64,000 bases of DNA, from the NCBI GenBank assembly GCA_963721255.1, contig CAVRIM010000004.1:81190-145189 (forward strand), in the 5' to 3' direction. The DNA comes from an uncultured Actinomycetes bacterium. Its GTDB lineage: Bacteria > Actinomycetota > Thermoleophilia > Solirubrobacterales > Solirubrobacteraceae. Shown here piece by piece: positions 1 through 10,427 of this stretch. The position numbers were made by a program, and so were the translations under genes. The notes under the pieces are model-generated. The model saw nothing but the letters and a program-made list of their open reading frames with translations, was not told the origin of the DNA and searched no databases. Positions within the stretch are counted from its first letter, which is position 1. Each line of letters starts with the position of its first letter.

Positions 1-300
1 CGTGACGCCGGCACCCTCGCCGTTGTGCGCCGCGCCGGGCGGGCCCTCGGTCATCGGCGGTGCCGGCGCCGCGATCCCGCCGCTCTCCTGGAGCAGGTCG
101 ATCCCCTGCTCCTCCAGGTGGCCGTGCAGCTCGCGCACCTGTTCCTTCGTGACGTCGACCTCTTCGAGGCAGGCGGTCACCTGCTCGATCGTGAGGTAGC
201 CGCGTTCCTGGCCGCCGGCGATGAGCAGCCGCAGCTCATCCAGCTCCCAGATCGGCGCTTCGTCTGCCAGCAGACCTTCGGGCTTCGTTGTGGTGCTCAC
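1..300 (-). CDS. RNA polymerase sigma-70 family factor, 5' fragment (region 1.1); the gene runs off the window start
   Basis: Own minus-strand translation from GTG at 298-300 stays open to position 1: VSTTTKPEGLLADEAPIWELDELRLLIAGGQERGYLTIEQVTACLEEVDVTKEQVRELHGHLEEQGIDLLQE... This is the acidic region-1.1 pattern of primary-like sigma factors. It is absent from the ORF track because the window edge truncates it. Confidence 0.55.
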   Translation of the reverse strand, partial: MSTTTKPEGLLADEAPIWELDELRLLIAGGQERGYLTIEQVTACLEEVDVTKEQVRELHGHLEEQGIDLLQESGGIAAPAPPMTEGPPGAAHNGEGAGVT

Positions 301-545
301 GCCCCCGCATCCCTCCTGGACCTCTTCGGACGGCCCTCCCAGGCCGCCCCCCTCCCCACCTACAGACTTCGTCCAGCGATCCGGCGTTCGCGACTGTGTC
401 GCAGTGGCTGAGCCATGGTGTCCTCTCGCTCGTAGACGGAGGGGCCGCAACCGAAAAGTGCGTGATTGATAGCACAAGCTCGGTGAAGGGCCCGATACCC
501 TCGACTTACGCACGCCACCCGCGTCCGCCGGAAGGATCACCCGCC

Positions 546-1544
546 ATGGAGCCCGTCTCGCTCTCGCACTCCCCCGACGTCCAGAATCGCGCGCCGACCG
601 TGCGCCTGTCGCTCTCGCGCGTCGGCGTCACCGGCGTGGAGAAGGTCATCCGCATCGGCGCCCCCGGCGCCGAGCAGCTCTTCCACGCCAAGCTCGACTG
701 CTTCGTCGATCTCGGGCCGCGGCAGAAGGGCGCGCACATGTCGCGCTTCGAGGAGGTCGTCAACGACGCGATCGGCGAGACCGTCGTCGGCGGCTCGGCA
801 TTCCGGGCGGAGGATCTCGCGACCCGGATCGCCGAGACCGTGCGCGATCGCCAGGGCGCGCTGCGCGCCGAGGTGACGATCGCCGCGCGCTACCCCGAGG
901 ACAAGCCGGCGCCCGTCAGCGGGATCACGACGCAGGAGATGTACACGCTCTTCGGCTCGGCGATCGCCAGCGAGCGCGGCACGCGGCAGCTCGTCGGCGT
1001 CGCCGCGCAGGGCATCACGGCGTGCCCGTGCGCGCAGGAGCTCGTGGCCGCGTCCGCGCGCGAGCGGCTGACCGGCGAGGGCTTCTCGGACGAGGACATC
1101 GAGCGGATCCTCGAGGCCGTTCCCGTGGCCACGCACAACCAGCGCGGCCTCGGGACGCTCTACCTCGGCTGCGTCGAGGGGAACACGATCCCCGTCGAGG
1201 CACGTGACCTGCTCGACATCGTCGAGGGCTCGATGTCGAGCGAGATCTACGAGCTGATGAAGCGCTCGGACGAGGCGGCCGTCGTGGAGAAGGCGCACCG
1301 GCGCCCGCGCTTCGTCGAGGACTGCGTGCGCGAGGCGGTGAACGACGTCGTCGAGCGCTTCGGCGGCCTCGACGACGGGACCTTCGTCATGGCCCGCCAG
1401 GAGAACCTCGAGACGATCCATCAGCACAACGTCGTCGCCGAGCGCTTCGGGCTGCTCGGGGAGCTGCGCACCGAGCTCGTGACCGGCGAGCACCTGCCGC
1501 ATCACACGTCGATGCGCGAGTGGCTCGACGGCGCGTCGGCGTAG
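546..1544 (+). CDS. folE2: GTP cyclohydrolase I type 2 (FolE2/MptA family)
   Basis: Lies within ORF 288-1544. ATG at 546 gives MEPVSLSHSPDVQNRAPTVRLSLSRVGVTGVEKVIRI...KGAHMSRFEE...ACPCAQEL, the typical FolE2 signature. Intact. Confidence 0.85.
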   Translation: MEPVSLSHSPDVQNRAPTVRLSLSRVGVTGVEKVIRIGAPGAEQLFHAKLDCFVDLGPRQKGAHMSRFEEVVNDAIGETVVGGSAFRAEDLATRIAETVRDRQGALRAEVTIAARYPEDKPAPVSGITTQEMYTLFGSAIASERGTRQLVGVAAQGITACPCAQELVAASARERLTGEGFSDEDIERILEAVPVATHNQRGLGTLYLGCVEGNTIPVEARDLLDIVEGSMSSEIYELMKRSDEAAVVEKAHRRPRFVEDCVREAVNDVVERFGGLDDGTFVMARQENLETIHQHNVVAERFGLLGELRTELVTGEHLPHHTSMREWLDGASA

Positions 1545-1969
1545 GCCGCTACGCGTCGATCTTCAGCGCGCAGCCCAAGCAGCACCTTGCGGTCGGGCGT
1601 CTCCAGCGCGACCGCCGGGAAGCGGCCCGGGCTGTCGTAGACGCGCCGGCCGACGTCGCCGCTCCGCAGCGACGGCGTGTCCCCGTTCCAGAGCGCGAGC
1701 ACGGCGTAGTCGCCCTGCGGGCCGGCGAGCAGCACGGCGTTCGTGTGACCCCAGTCCCAGCGCCGCCGCACCCTGAGGTCGCCCGCCGCGGCGTCGGGGC
1801 GCACGAGCGCCAGCGCCTCGGTGCTGCGCGCGAGCGTCAGGCCCTCCTTGCGGATGCACGCCTGGACGTCATCGGGGACCGGGTCGCGGTTGTCGAAGAC
1901 GACGTAGACGCCCACGCCGACGGCCGCGAGCGCGCAGACGATGACGAAGCCGATCAGGACCTTGATCAC
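1502..1969 (-). CDS. hypothetical membrane-anchored protein
   Basis: ORF 1502-1969. N-terminal TM helix (MIKVLIGFVIVCALAAVGVGVYVV). The GTG start overlaps the pgsA stop (GTGA), so it is probably co-transcribed. The 3' end overlaps the folE2 3' end by 43 nt. Confidence 0.55.
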   Translation of the reverse strand: MIKVLIGFVIVCALAAVGVGVYVVFDNRDPVPDDVQACIRKEGLTLARSTEALALVRPDAAAGDLRVRRRWDWGHTNAVLLAGPQGDYAVLALWNGDTPSLRSGDVGRRVYDSPGRFPAVALETPDRKVLLGLRAEDRRVAAYADAPSSHSRIDV

Positions 1970-2544
1970 CGCGGAGCCTCGGCCCCGCGGTGTGCCGCGC
2001 GGCGCGCCTCGGCCTCACGCAGCAGCTTGCGCATCCCGAAGAAGTAGTCGATCCCGCTGATGATCGTGACGGCGACCATCGCGTAGACGAGCACGTCGAC
2101 CCAGGTCGGCGAGGGGTCGAAGAGGATCAGCAGGAAGATCGTCAGCATCTGGACGAGCGTCTTCGCCTTCCCCCACCAGTTCGCGGCGATCACGACGCCC
2201 TCCGCGCGCGCCTGCAGACGGGCGACGGTCACCGCGAACTCGCGCGCGATGATCACCATCGCCACCCACGCCTCGAGCCGGCCGAGCGACACGAGCGAGA
2301 GCAGCGCGGCGATCACGAGCAGCTTGTCGGCGACGGGATCCATCAGCTTGCCGAAGGTCGTCACCTGCTCGCGCGAGCGCGCGATCCAGCCGTCGATCGC
2401 GTCGGTCACCGAGGCGATCCAGAACACCGCGGCCGCCAGCACGTCGCTCGCCTCGCCGCCGGCGCCGAGCAGCGCGACGACGAGCACCGGCACGAGCAGG
2501 ATGCGCAGGACCGTCAGGAAGTTGGGCAGGTTGAGGCCGAACAC
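1966..2544 (-). CDS. pgsA: CDP-diacylglycerol--glycerol-3-phosphate 3-phosphatidyltransferase
   Basis: C-terminal 192 aa of the 707-aa ORF 1966-4089, starting at GTG 2542-2544. CDP-alcohol phosphotransferase motif DAIDGWIARSREQVTTFGKLMDPVADK. Multiple TM segments. Confidence 0.88.
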   Translation of the reverse strand: MFGLNLPNFLTVLRILLVPVLVVALLGAGGEASDVLAAAVFWIASVTDAIDGWIARSREQVTTFGKLMDPVADKLLVIAALLSLVSLGRLEAWVAMVIIAREFAVTVARLQARAEGVVIAANWWGKAKTLVQMLTIFLLILFDPSPTWVDVLVYAMVAVTIISGIDYFFGMRKLLREAEARRAAHRGAEAPR

Positions 2545-2585
2545 GCCGCGGCCAGTATGGCGATCCGGGCCCCGCGCGCCGCACG

Positions 2586-3507
2586 TCAGGCGTCGATCGA
2601 CGCCTCCGCGCTGGCCGGCGACGCGGAGCTGCGCGTCACGCCGATGCTCGCCGCGACGACGAGCGTGATCGCGACGAGCTCGCGGGCCCCGAGCGACTGC
2701 GAGAGGATCAGGAAGCCCGCGAGCGCCGCGAGCGCCGGCTCGAGCGACATCAGCACGCCGAAGACGTTGGCGGGCATCCGCCGCAGCGCCTCGGTCTCCA
2801 GCGAGTAGGGAATGACGCTGCTGAGCAGTCGCGACGCCGAGGCCCGCGGCGAGCAGGCCGGGCGCGAGCAGATCGGTGCCCGCCTGGGCGATGCCCGGGA
2901 CGAGCGGGATCGCCGCGGCCCAGACCATGGCGATCGCCAGGCCCTCGCCGCCGTCGAACACGCGGCCGGCACGCTGCGCGAGCAGGATGTACATCCCCCA
3001 GAAGACCGCGGCGGTCAGCGCGAGCGCGACGCCGACGCCGTCGAGACCGCCGCCCTGCTGCCACGGTGCGGCGAGCAGCAGGATGCCGGCCGTCGCGAGC
3101 GCCACCCAGACGAGGTCCAGCCGGCGACGTGAGAGCAGCGTCGCGACGGTGATCGGCCCGAGGAACTCGATCGTCACGGCGACGCCGAGCGGGATCCGGT
3201 CGAGCGCCTCGTAGAAGGTGAGGTTCATCAGGCCGAGCGTGATGCCGAAGATCGCCGCGAGCCGCAGATGCACCGGGGCGTGGCGGTGGCGCCAGGGCCG
3301 CCACACGATCAGCAGGACGATCGCGGCGAGCGAGAGGCGCAGCACCGATGTCCCCGCCGGCCCGGCCTGGTCGAACAGCGTCGCGGCCAGCGCCGCACCG
3401 AACTGGATCGAGGTGACGCCCGTGAGCACGAGCGCGACCGGCGGGATCGGGTCGAGCGCCGCGATGCCGCGGCCGGGCTCGAGCGTGGGCTTGCGCGCGG
3501 CGGGCAC
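2586..3507 (-). CDS. EamA/DMT-family transporter, reading frame interrupted once (~2822)
   Basis: The N-terminal half is in the 1966-4089 frame (LTGVTSIQFGAALAATLF...MNLTFYEALDRIPLGVAVTIEFLGP). The C-terminal half is ORF 2586-2972 (LLSSVIPYSLETEALRRMPANVFGVLMSLEPALAAL). One extra base (gtcgcgActgctc) separates GLGVA from LLSSVIPYS. Proposed start is GTG 3505-3507. Confidence 0.75.
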
Positions 3508-3579
3508 TGCGATCGAGGCTAGTACCCGGGGGTACAGGGGATCGAAAGCCCGGTCCAGGCGGGGAGTAGCGTTCGCCGG

Positions 3580-4566
3580 ATGAACCACCGCACCCTCGGC
3601 GACGGCCTCTCCGTCAGCTCCATCGGCCTCGGCTGCATGGGCATGAGCGCCTTCTACGGCACGACCGACGAGCCGGAGGCGCTCGCCACGATCGACCGGG
3701 CGATCGAGCTCGGCTGCACGCTGCTCGACACGGCCGAGATGTACGGGCCGCACACGAACGAGCAGCTGCTCGGCAAGGCGCTCGCCGGCCGTCGCGACGC
3801 GGTCACGCTCGCGACGAAGTTCGGCATCCGCTGGGCGCCGACCGAGGACAATCCGACGCGGCGGCTGATCGACGGGTCGCCGGAGAACGTGCGGCGCTCG
3901 ATCGAGGGCTCGCTGCAGCGCCTGGGGACCGACCACGTCGACCTCTACTACCAGCACCGCATCGACCCGGGCACGCCGATCGAGGAGACGGTCGGGGCGC
4001 TCGCCGAGCTCGTGACCGAGGGCAAGGTCCGCCACATCGGCCTGAGCGAGGCCTCGCCGGAGACGATCCGCCGCGCGCACGCCGTCCATCCGATCGCCGC
4101 GGTGCAGACCGAGTACTCGCTGTGGTCACGCGACGTCGAGGCGGAGATCCTGCCGACGCTGCGCGAGCTCGGCATCGGGCTCGTCGCGTACTCGCCGCTC
4201 GGCCGCGGGTTCCTCAGCGGCCGCTTCAGCTCCACCGAGGAGCTCGACGAGAACGACTTCCGCCGCCACCAGCCGCGCTTCTCCGACGAGAACATCGAGG
4301 CCAACCGCCGGCTGGTCGAGAAGCTCGGCGAGATCGCCGCCGAGCACGAGTGCACGACCGGGCAGCTCGCGCTCGCGTGGGTGCTCGCGCAGGGCGACGA
4401 CATCGTCCCGATCCCCGGGACCAAGCGGCGTACGTATCTCGAGGAGAACCTCGCCGCCGCGGACGTCGTGCTCACCGGCGATGACCTCGCCCGCATCGAC
4501 GCCGACCTCCCGCCCGTCGCGGGCGAGCGGTACGACCGCACCGGCATGACGACGCTCAACCACTAG
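3580..4566 (+). CDS. aldo/keto reductase family oxidoreductase
   Basis: ORF 3580-4566. [11 protein letters not shown]...[20 protein letters not shown]...[10 protein letters not shown]...IGLSEAS, typical AKR11/13-like motifs. Intact. Confidence 0.9.
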   Translation: MNHRTLGDGLSVSSIGLGCMGMSAFYGTTDEPEALATIDRAIELGCTLLDTAEMYGPHTNEQLLGKALAGRRDAVTLATKFGIRWAPTEDNPTRRLIDGSPENVRRSIEGSLQRLGTDHVDLYYQHRIDPGTPIEETVGALAELVTEGKVRHIGLSEASPETIRRAHAVHPIAAVQTEYSLWSRDVEAEILPTLRELGIGLVAYSPLGRGFLSGRFSSTEELDENDFRRHQPRFSDENIEANRRLVEKLGEIAAEHECTTGQLALAWVLAQGDDIVPIPGTKRRTYLEENLAAADVVLTGDDLARIDADLPPVAGERYDRTGMTTLNH

Positions 4567-4575
4567 GGTCCGTTC

Positions 4576-5157
4576 ATGCCTCTCGTCCCCACGGTCATCG
4601 AGCAGACCGCGCGTGGTGAGCGCGAGTACGACCTGTACTCGCGCATGCTCAACGACCGGATCATCTTCCTCGGCCAGCCCGTCGACGACCCGATCGCGAA
4701 CCTCGTCGTCGCCCAGCTCCTGCACCTCGAGTCGCAGGATCCCGAGAAGGACATCTCGATCTACATCAACTCCCCGGGCGGCTCGATCTCGGCGGGGATG
4801 GCCGTCTACGACACGATGCAGTTCATCAAGCCCGACGTGTCGACGATCTGCTGCGGGATCGCGATGTCGATGGGCTCGCTGCTGCTGACCGCGGGCGCGC
4901 CGGGCAAGCGGATGGCGCTGCCCAACAGCCGGATCCTGATCCACCAGCCGTCAGCCGGCTACGAGGGGCAGTCCTCGGACATCGAGATCCACATGAACGA
5001 GATCCTCAAGACGCGCGCGAAGATCGACGAGCTCTACGCCCACCACACGGGCAGGTCGCTCGAGCAGGTCCACGACGACATGGAGCGCGACCGCTTCTTC
5101 ACCGCCGAGCAGGCCGTCGAGTACGGCCTGATCGACCGCGTGCTCGAGTCACACTGA
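4576..5157 (+). CDS. clpP: ATP-dependent Clp protease proteolytic subunit
   Basis: ORF 4576-5157. [33 protein letters not shown] (Ser), ILIHQP (His), [18 protein letters not shown] (Asp). Intact. Starts 9 nt after the AKR stop. Confidence 0.95.
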   Translation: MPLVPTVIEQTARGEREYDLYSRMLNDRIIFLGQPVDDPIANLVVAQLLHLESQDPEKDISIYINSPGGSISAGMAVYDTMQFIKPDVSTICCGIAMSMGSLLLTAGAPGKRMALPNSRILIHQPSAGYEGQSSDIEIHMNEILKTRAKIDELYAHHTGRSLEQVHDDMERDRFFTAEQAVEYGLIDRVLESH

Positions 5158-6673
5158 GCTGAGGTCGTAGAGCGCGCCGTACTTGGCGCTCAGGTAGTCC
5201 AGCAGCGGCGCGGGGTCGAGCTCCTGGCCGGTCGCCTGGCGCAGCAGGTCCGGCGGGTCGAGCACGCGGCCGTGGCGGTGCACGTGCTCGCCGAGCCAGT
5301 CGCGCACCGGCGCGCAGTCCCCCGCCGCGAGCGCGTCGCGGGCGCCCGTCACCTGCTCGCCGATCGCCGCCCAGAGCTGCGCGCTCATGACGTTGCCGAT
5401 CGCGTACGTCGGGAAGTAGCCGAGCTCGCCGAACGCCCAGTGGATGTCCTGCAGGCAGCCGCGCGTGTCGTCGGGAACGGTCACGCCCAGCAGGTCGCGC
5501 ATGCCGTCGTTCCAGGCCGCCGGCAGGTCCGCGACCTCGAGCGTCCCCTCGAGCAGCGCGACCTCGAGCTGGAAGCGCAGGATCACGTGGAGCACGTAGG
5601 TCGCCTCGTCGGCCTCGACGCGGATCAGCGTCGGCTCGACGACGTTGACGCTGCGCAGGAACGCGTCGAGGTCCAGGCCGGCAAGCGACGGCATCGCCTG
5701 CTGCGCGCGCGGGAGCCAGTGGCTCCAGAACTCGCGCGAGCGGCCGACCTGGTTCTCCCACAGCCGGCTCTGCGACTCGTGTACGCCGAGCGAGACGCCC
5801 GTGTCGAGCGTCGTGCGGGCGAGCGACGTGCCGACCTGCTGCTCGTAGAGCCCGTGCCCGACCTCGTGCAGGACGGCGAAGATGCCGCTCAGGTCGGTGT
5901 CGTCCCAGCGCGCGGTGACGCGCTGGTCGCCGGCGCCGACCGACATCGAGAAGGGGTGGGTCGAGTCGTCAAGCCGCCAGCCCTCGTCGTCGAAGCCGAT
6001 CGCGCGCGCCATCTCGAGGCCGATCGTGCGCTGGGCCTCACGCGGCAGCGGCGCGGGGAGCGGCGGCGGGACCGGGCGCTCGGCGATCTGCGCGATCAGC
6101 GGGACGAGCCCGGCGCGCAGCTCGGCGAACACCTCGCGCACCGCGGCGGTGGTGGCGCCCGGCTCGTAGCTCTCCAGCAGCGCGTCGTACGGGTGCTCGA
6201 CGTCCGGGAAGCAGGCCGCGACCTCGCGCCGCAGGGCGACCTGGCGCTCGAGGTGCGGGCGGAACGCGGCGAAGTCCGACTCCGCGCGGGCGGCGGCCCA
6301 GACCGGGAGCGCGGCGGCCGTGGCGCGCGCCATCTCGGCCGTCAGCTCGACGGGGATGCGCACCGCGCGGTCGTGATCGCGGCGCACGACCCGGACGATC
6401 GCCGCGTCGTCGCCGCCGGGGTCGCCGGCGCTCTCCGCGGCGGCCGCGTCGAGCAGGTCGGCGAAGGCGCTCGCCGGCGAGCCGCTCGTGCGCGAGCTGC
6501 TCGAGCGTGGCGGTGGCCTCGCCGCGGGTGTTCGCGCCGCGCGCGGGCATCATCGTCTCGCGGTCCCAGCCGAGCAGCGCCCCCGCCGAGCGCAGGTCGG
6601 AGAGCACGGCGAGCTGCTCGCGCAGCGCGCTCGCGGCGGTGCCGCGCGGTCCGGCCTCAGTCGACGATGCCAT
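5149..6673 (-). CDS. carboxypeptidase Taq (M32) family metallopeptidase, frame interrupted once (~6478)
   Basis: N-terminus is in ORF 6038-6673 ([31 protein letters not shown]). The rest is in ORF 5149-6387 ([10 protein letters not shown] = HEXXH; [10 protein letters not shown]; [15 protein letters not shown]). The upstream extension of the second frame reads ...[35 protein letters not shown]. The two frames are 1 nt out of register just after HER. Confidence 0.85.
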
Positions 6674-7444
6674 GCTCGATCCTCCCCAGTCCCTCGATCT
6701 CGATCCGCACCACGTCGCCGGGCTCGAGGAAGCTCGGCGGGTCGAGCGCCATGCCGACGCCGCTCGGCGTGCCGGTCAGGATCAGGTCGCCCGGCTCGAG
6801 CGTGATCGTCTCGGCGATGAACGCGATCAGCTGCGGGATCGAGAAGACGAGATCGCTCGTCGACGCGTCCTGGCGCAGCTCCCCGTTCACCCACGTGCGC
6901 AGCGCCAGGTTCTCCGGATCGGCGATCTCGTCGGCCGTGGTCACCCACGGGCCCGAACGGGCAGAAGCCGTCGGAGCCCTTCGCGCGCGTCCACTGCGGC
7001 TCGCGCCGCTGCAGGTCGCGGGCGCTGACGTCGTCGGCGACCGCGTAGCCCGCGACGGCTCCGCCGGGGCCCATGACGACCGCGAGCTCGCCCTCGTAGT
7101 CGAGGCGCCGCACGACCGCGGGGCGGCGCACCGGGCCGCCGGGCGGCGCGACGGACGAGGGCAGCTTCATGAAGACGATCGGCGTCTCCGGCGGCTCCAG
7201 CCCCTGCTCGGCGGCGTGCGCGCGGTAGTTCAGGCCGATGCCGAAGATCGCGCGCGGCACGTGCGGGGCGAGCAGCGTGACGTCGGCGAGCGCGTGGGCC
7301 GCGCCGCGCGGCGGCGGTGCGGTCGCCGCTGCGCAGGCGCTCCGCGACGGTCGAGCCGTCGTCGAACGCCACGACCTGATCTCCGCGGACCTCGCCCGCG
7401 AGCGGCTGAGCCGCGCCCGGCGGCAGGAAGGTGGCGAGCTTCAC
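6657..7444 (-). CDS. fumarylacetoacetate hydrolase (FAH) family protein, frame interrupted twice (~7320, ~6950)
   Basis: Three collinear pieces. ORF 6941-7444: MKLATFLPPGAAQPLAGEVRGDQVVAFDDG. ORF 6550-7260 frame: HALADVTLLAPHVPRAIFGIGLNYRAHAAE...DYEGELAVVMG...REPQWTRAKGSDGFCPFGP. ORF 6657-6944: TTADEIADPENLALRTWVNGELRQDASTSDLVFSIPQLIAFIAETITLEPGDLILTGTPSGVG. Confidence 0.85.
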
Positions 7445-7449
7445 GGCGG

Positions 7450-7877
7450 TCAGCCTACGGATGCGAGCAGCGCCTCACGGACGGCGCCGTCGCGCACCTG
7501 GGCCTCGGCGTCGGTCCAGCGCCAGTCGACGCCCGCGGTGATCGCGAACGTCGGCCGCTCGTGGCGGCGCGTCAGGTCGACGGCGATCTCGACGCCCGCG
7601 ACGCCTTCGGCGCCGGGAAGCGGATCGGCGACGACGCGCGCCGCGCCGTGCGCGGTGAACGCAAGGTCCGGGCCGGCCATGACGGTGAGCGCGACGCGCG
7701 GGTCGCGCGCGCAGGCGCTCCAGCGACCCGCGCGTGCGCGCGAGCGCGAGGACGATCCGGTCGTCGCCGACCCGGATCGCCGTCGACACCGGGATCGCGT
7801 GGGGCCCGTCGGCGCCGCTCGTCGCGAGCACGCACACGGTGCCGGCAGGCCAGTCGGGCAGGGCGGCGTCGGGCCAT
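7450..7877 (-). CDS. pyridoxamine 5'-phosphate oxidase-like (FMN/F420-binding split barrel) protein, frame interrupted (~7708; possibly also ~7873)
   Basis: ORF 7475-7837 gives VLATSGADGPHAIPVSTAIRVGDDRIVLALARTRGSLERLRA. The 3' end of the 7450-8514 frame gives DPRVALTVMAGPDLAFTAHGAARVVADPL...RPTFAITAGVDWRWTD. The start is either GTG 7837 or ATG 7877; ATG 7877 needs one more indel (atgGccc). Confidence 0.6.
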
Positions 7878-7902
7878 GGCCCGCGACAGTAGCCTGCATC
7901 GC

Positions 7903-9199
7903 ATGACCGTCACCGGCCTGATCCTCGCCGCCGCAGGTGGCGGCTCGTCCGGCTTCGGCGGGGGCGGCGGAGGTGGCGGCGGCTTCTCCGGCGGAGGCGG
8001 CAGCGGCGGCGGGACCGGCGTCTACGTCGGCGGCGGAGCGATCAGCGGCTGGATCGTCGTGATGCTGCTCGGCCTGTTCCTGGCCTTCGTCCTGTTCGCG
8101 ATCGTCAGCACCTGGCTGACGGTCCGCCGCCTGCGCCGGCGCCTGGACGAGCGCGACGTGCAGGTGCGCACCGCCGCGGCGGAGGCCGCCGAGGACGACG
8201 AGGCGTTCGCCGCCGACCGCGTCACGCAGGACGTCACCGTCATGTTCCACGCGATCCAGGGCGCGTGGGACGCGCGCGACGAGAACGCGCTCGGCTCGAT
8301 GGTCGGCGACGACCTGCTGATCGAGTGGCGCCGCCGGCTCGACGACTTCGCGCGCAAGGGCTGGCACAACCGCGTGCGCGTGATCACCGGGCCGGACGTG
8401 CGCTACGTCGGGCTCACGAACCGCGAGCGCGACGACGAGGACCGCATCGTCGTCCACGTCTGCGCGAGCCTCGAGGACTACGTCGAGGGGCCGGACGGCA
8501 TGCGCGTCATGCACGCCGGCACGACCACGACGACCACGCAGCTGCGCGAGTACTGGACGCTCGCCAAGCGCGAGCGGCCGCTGGATCCTCGTCTCGATCG
8601 AGCAGGACGCCGAGGGCAGCCATCAGCTCGACGCCCCGCTGGTCGCCTCGCCCTGGGCCGACGAGCGCGTGCGCGACGAGGCGCTCGTCGAGGGCGCCGT
8701 CGCCGACGCGGCGCTGCCCGGCGTCGCGACGGCCGAGCTCGTCGACGTCGACCTCGCCGCGGATGCCCGCACGCAGGCGCTCGACCTCTCGCTCGCGGAC
8801 GCGCGCTTCGGCCCCGACGTGCTCGCCGCCGCCGCGCGCCGCGCCGCCGAGGCGTGGTCCGACGCGGTCGACGGCGACGACGCTCCGCTGATCGCCGTCG
8901 CGACCACCGAGGCGGTCGACGCGCTGCTCTACGGCGGCGACGCGAGCCACGACAGCCGGCTCGTCGTCCGCGGCCCGCGGATCGACGGCGTCACGATCGA
9001 GCAGCTCGAGGCCTCGCCGGAGCCGGCGCGGATGACGCTCGCCGTCCACGTCCGCGGGCGGCGCTACGTCGAGGACCGCGACACCGCCGCGGTCCTCTCC
9101 GGCAGCAAGGACCGCGAGGCGGCCTTCACCGAGCGCTGGACGATGGCGCTCGACGGCGTCGACGCGACGCCCTGGCGGCTCGTCGGCGTCGCGGCCTGA
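7903..9199 (+). CDS. Tim44-like domain membrane protein with Gly-rich N-terminus, frame interrupted once (~8577)
   Basis: Embedded in the spurious 1452-aa ORF. ATG 7903 gives [37 protein letters not shown], a TM segment, then ...FHAIQGAWDARDENALGSMVGDDLLIEWRRRLDDFARKGWHNRVRV...REYWTLAKRE. It continues in the frame of ORF 8669-9199 (WILVSIEQDAEGSHQLD...RWTMALDGVDATPWRLVGVAA). There is an extra base in cggCCgc. Confidence 0.65.
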
Positions 9200-9263
9200 C
9201 CGCGCGCCGGGCTGGACAGTCCGCCGTGCCACGGTGGACAATGGCCCCGGCGGACGTGTGCCG

Positions 9264-9287
9264 CGGCGGCCGCCGGAGCGGCCGCCG
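9264..9287 (+). terminator. candidate intrinsic terminator hairpin (10-bp GC stem, 4-nt loop, no U-tract)
   Basis: cggcggccgc-cgga-gcggccgccg, 65 nt after the Tim44-like stop. There is no T-run, which is common in high-GC actinobacteria. Confidence 0.3.
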
Positions 9288-9346
9288 ATACGCACTAGGC
9301 TGCCGCAATCGTTGGACGATCTGTCCGGCGATGGAGCGAGGTGTCG

Positions 9347-10427
9347 ATGACGAGCGAGGAGATCCGGGGCCCTGCGGCCGCCACGATGGCGGACGCCACG
9401 CCGGTGCCCGACATCCGCCTCGTCGATCTCGTCAAGCGCTTCGGCGACTTCGCCGCCGTCGACCACATCAGCCTGGACATCGCGCGCGGCGAGTTCTTCA
9501 CGATGCTCGGGCCGTCCGGGTCGGGCAAGACGACGACGCTGCGCCTGATCGCCGGCTTCGACGTCCCCGACGCGGGCAGCGTCGAGCTCGCCGGCGAGGA
9601 CGTCGCGCGGCGCCCGCCGTTCGAGCGTGACGTCAACACCGTCTTCCAGGACTACGCGCTGTTCCCGCACATGAGCGTGCTGGAGAACGTCGCGTACGGG
9701 CTCAAGATCAAGAAGGTCGGCCGCAGCGAGCGCCGCAGCCGCGCGCAGGAGGCGCTGGAGATGGTGCGCCTGCACGACGTCGGCGGCCGCCGGCCGAACC
9801 AGCTCTCCGGCGGCCAGCGCCAGCGCGTCGCGCTCGCCCGCGCGATCGTGAACCGCCCGCGCGTGCTGCTGCTCGACGAGCCGCTCGGCGCGCTCGACCT
9901 GAAGCTGCGCGAGGAGATGCAGGTCGAGCTCAAGCAGATCCAGCAGGACGTCGGCATCACGTTCGTCTACGTGACGCACGACCAGGACGAGGCGCTCTCG
10001 ATGAGCGACCGGATCGCCGTCTTCAACAACGGCCGGATCGAGCAGGTCGGCGCCCCCGCCGACGTCTACGAGCGCCCGCTGACCGAGTTCGTCGCCGGCT
10101 TCGTCGGCGTCTCGAACATGCTCGAGCGCGACGGCCGCCGGTTCACGATCCGCCCGGAGAAGATCCGCATCCTGGCCGCGGACGACACCGCCGACGGCAT
10201 GCACGCCGAGACCGGCACGGTCGTCGACGCGAGCTACGTCGGCCAGGCCACACGCTTCGAGATCGAGCTCGACCAGGGCGGCCGCCTGCTCGCCACCCGG
10301 CTGAATCTCGAGACATCACGTGACGAGGCCCGCGATCTGCGCGGGACGTCAGGTACGGGTCGCATGGCGCGAGGATCAGACCTTCGCCGTCGGCCGCGCA
10401 CACCCCCCGGAACAGGAGGAAGCATGA
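9347..10427 (+). CDS. potA: spermidine/putrescine-type ABC transporter ATP-binding protein, frame interrupted once (~10345)
   Basis: First part of ORF 9341-11641. GPSGSGKTT (Walker A), LSGGQRQRVALARA, LLLDEPLGALD, TOBE-like tail. Removing one G from cgcGGGac restores LRGRQVRVAWREDQTFAV...EEA* with its stop overlapping the next ATG (ATGA). The start could also be GTG 9341. Confidence 0.88.

Noticed and set aside
1966-4089. 707-aa minus-strand ORF read as one protein
   Set aside because: It concatenates pgsA, an out-of-frame spacer, the N-terminal half of the EamA transporter, and antisense sequence of the aldo/keto reductase. The domain boundaries and internal GTG starts support separate genes.
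5272-9630. 1452-aa plus-strand ORF, the longest in the track
   Set aside because: Most of it is antisense or out of frame to well-supported genes (M32, FAH, PPOX, potA) and has the Arg/Ala/Gly/Pro-rich composition typical of off-frame translation in high-GC DNA. Only the Tim44-like segment (7903 to about 8577) is real coding in this frame.
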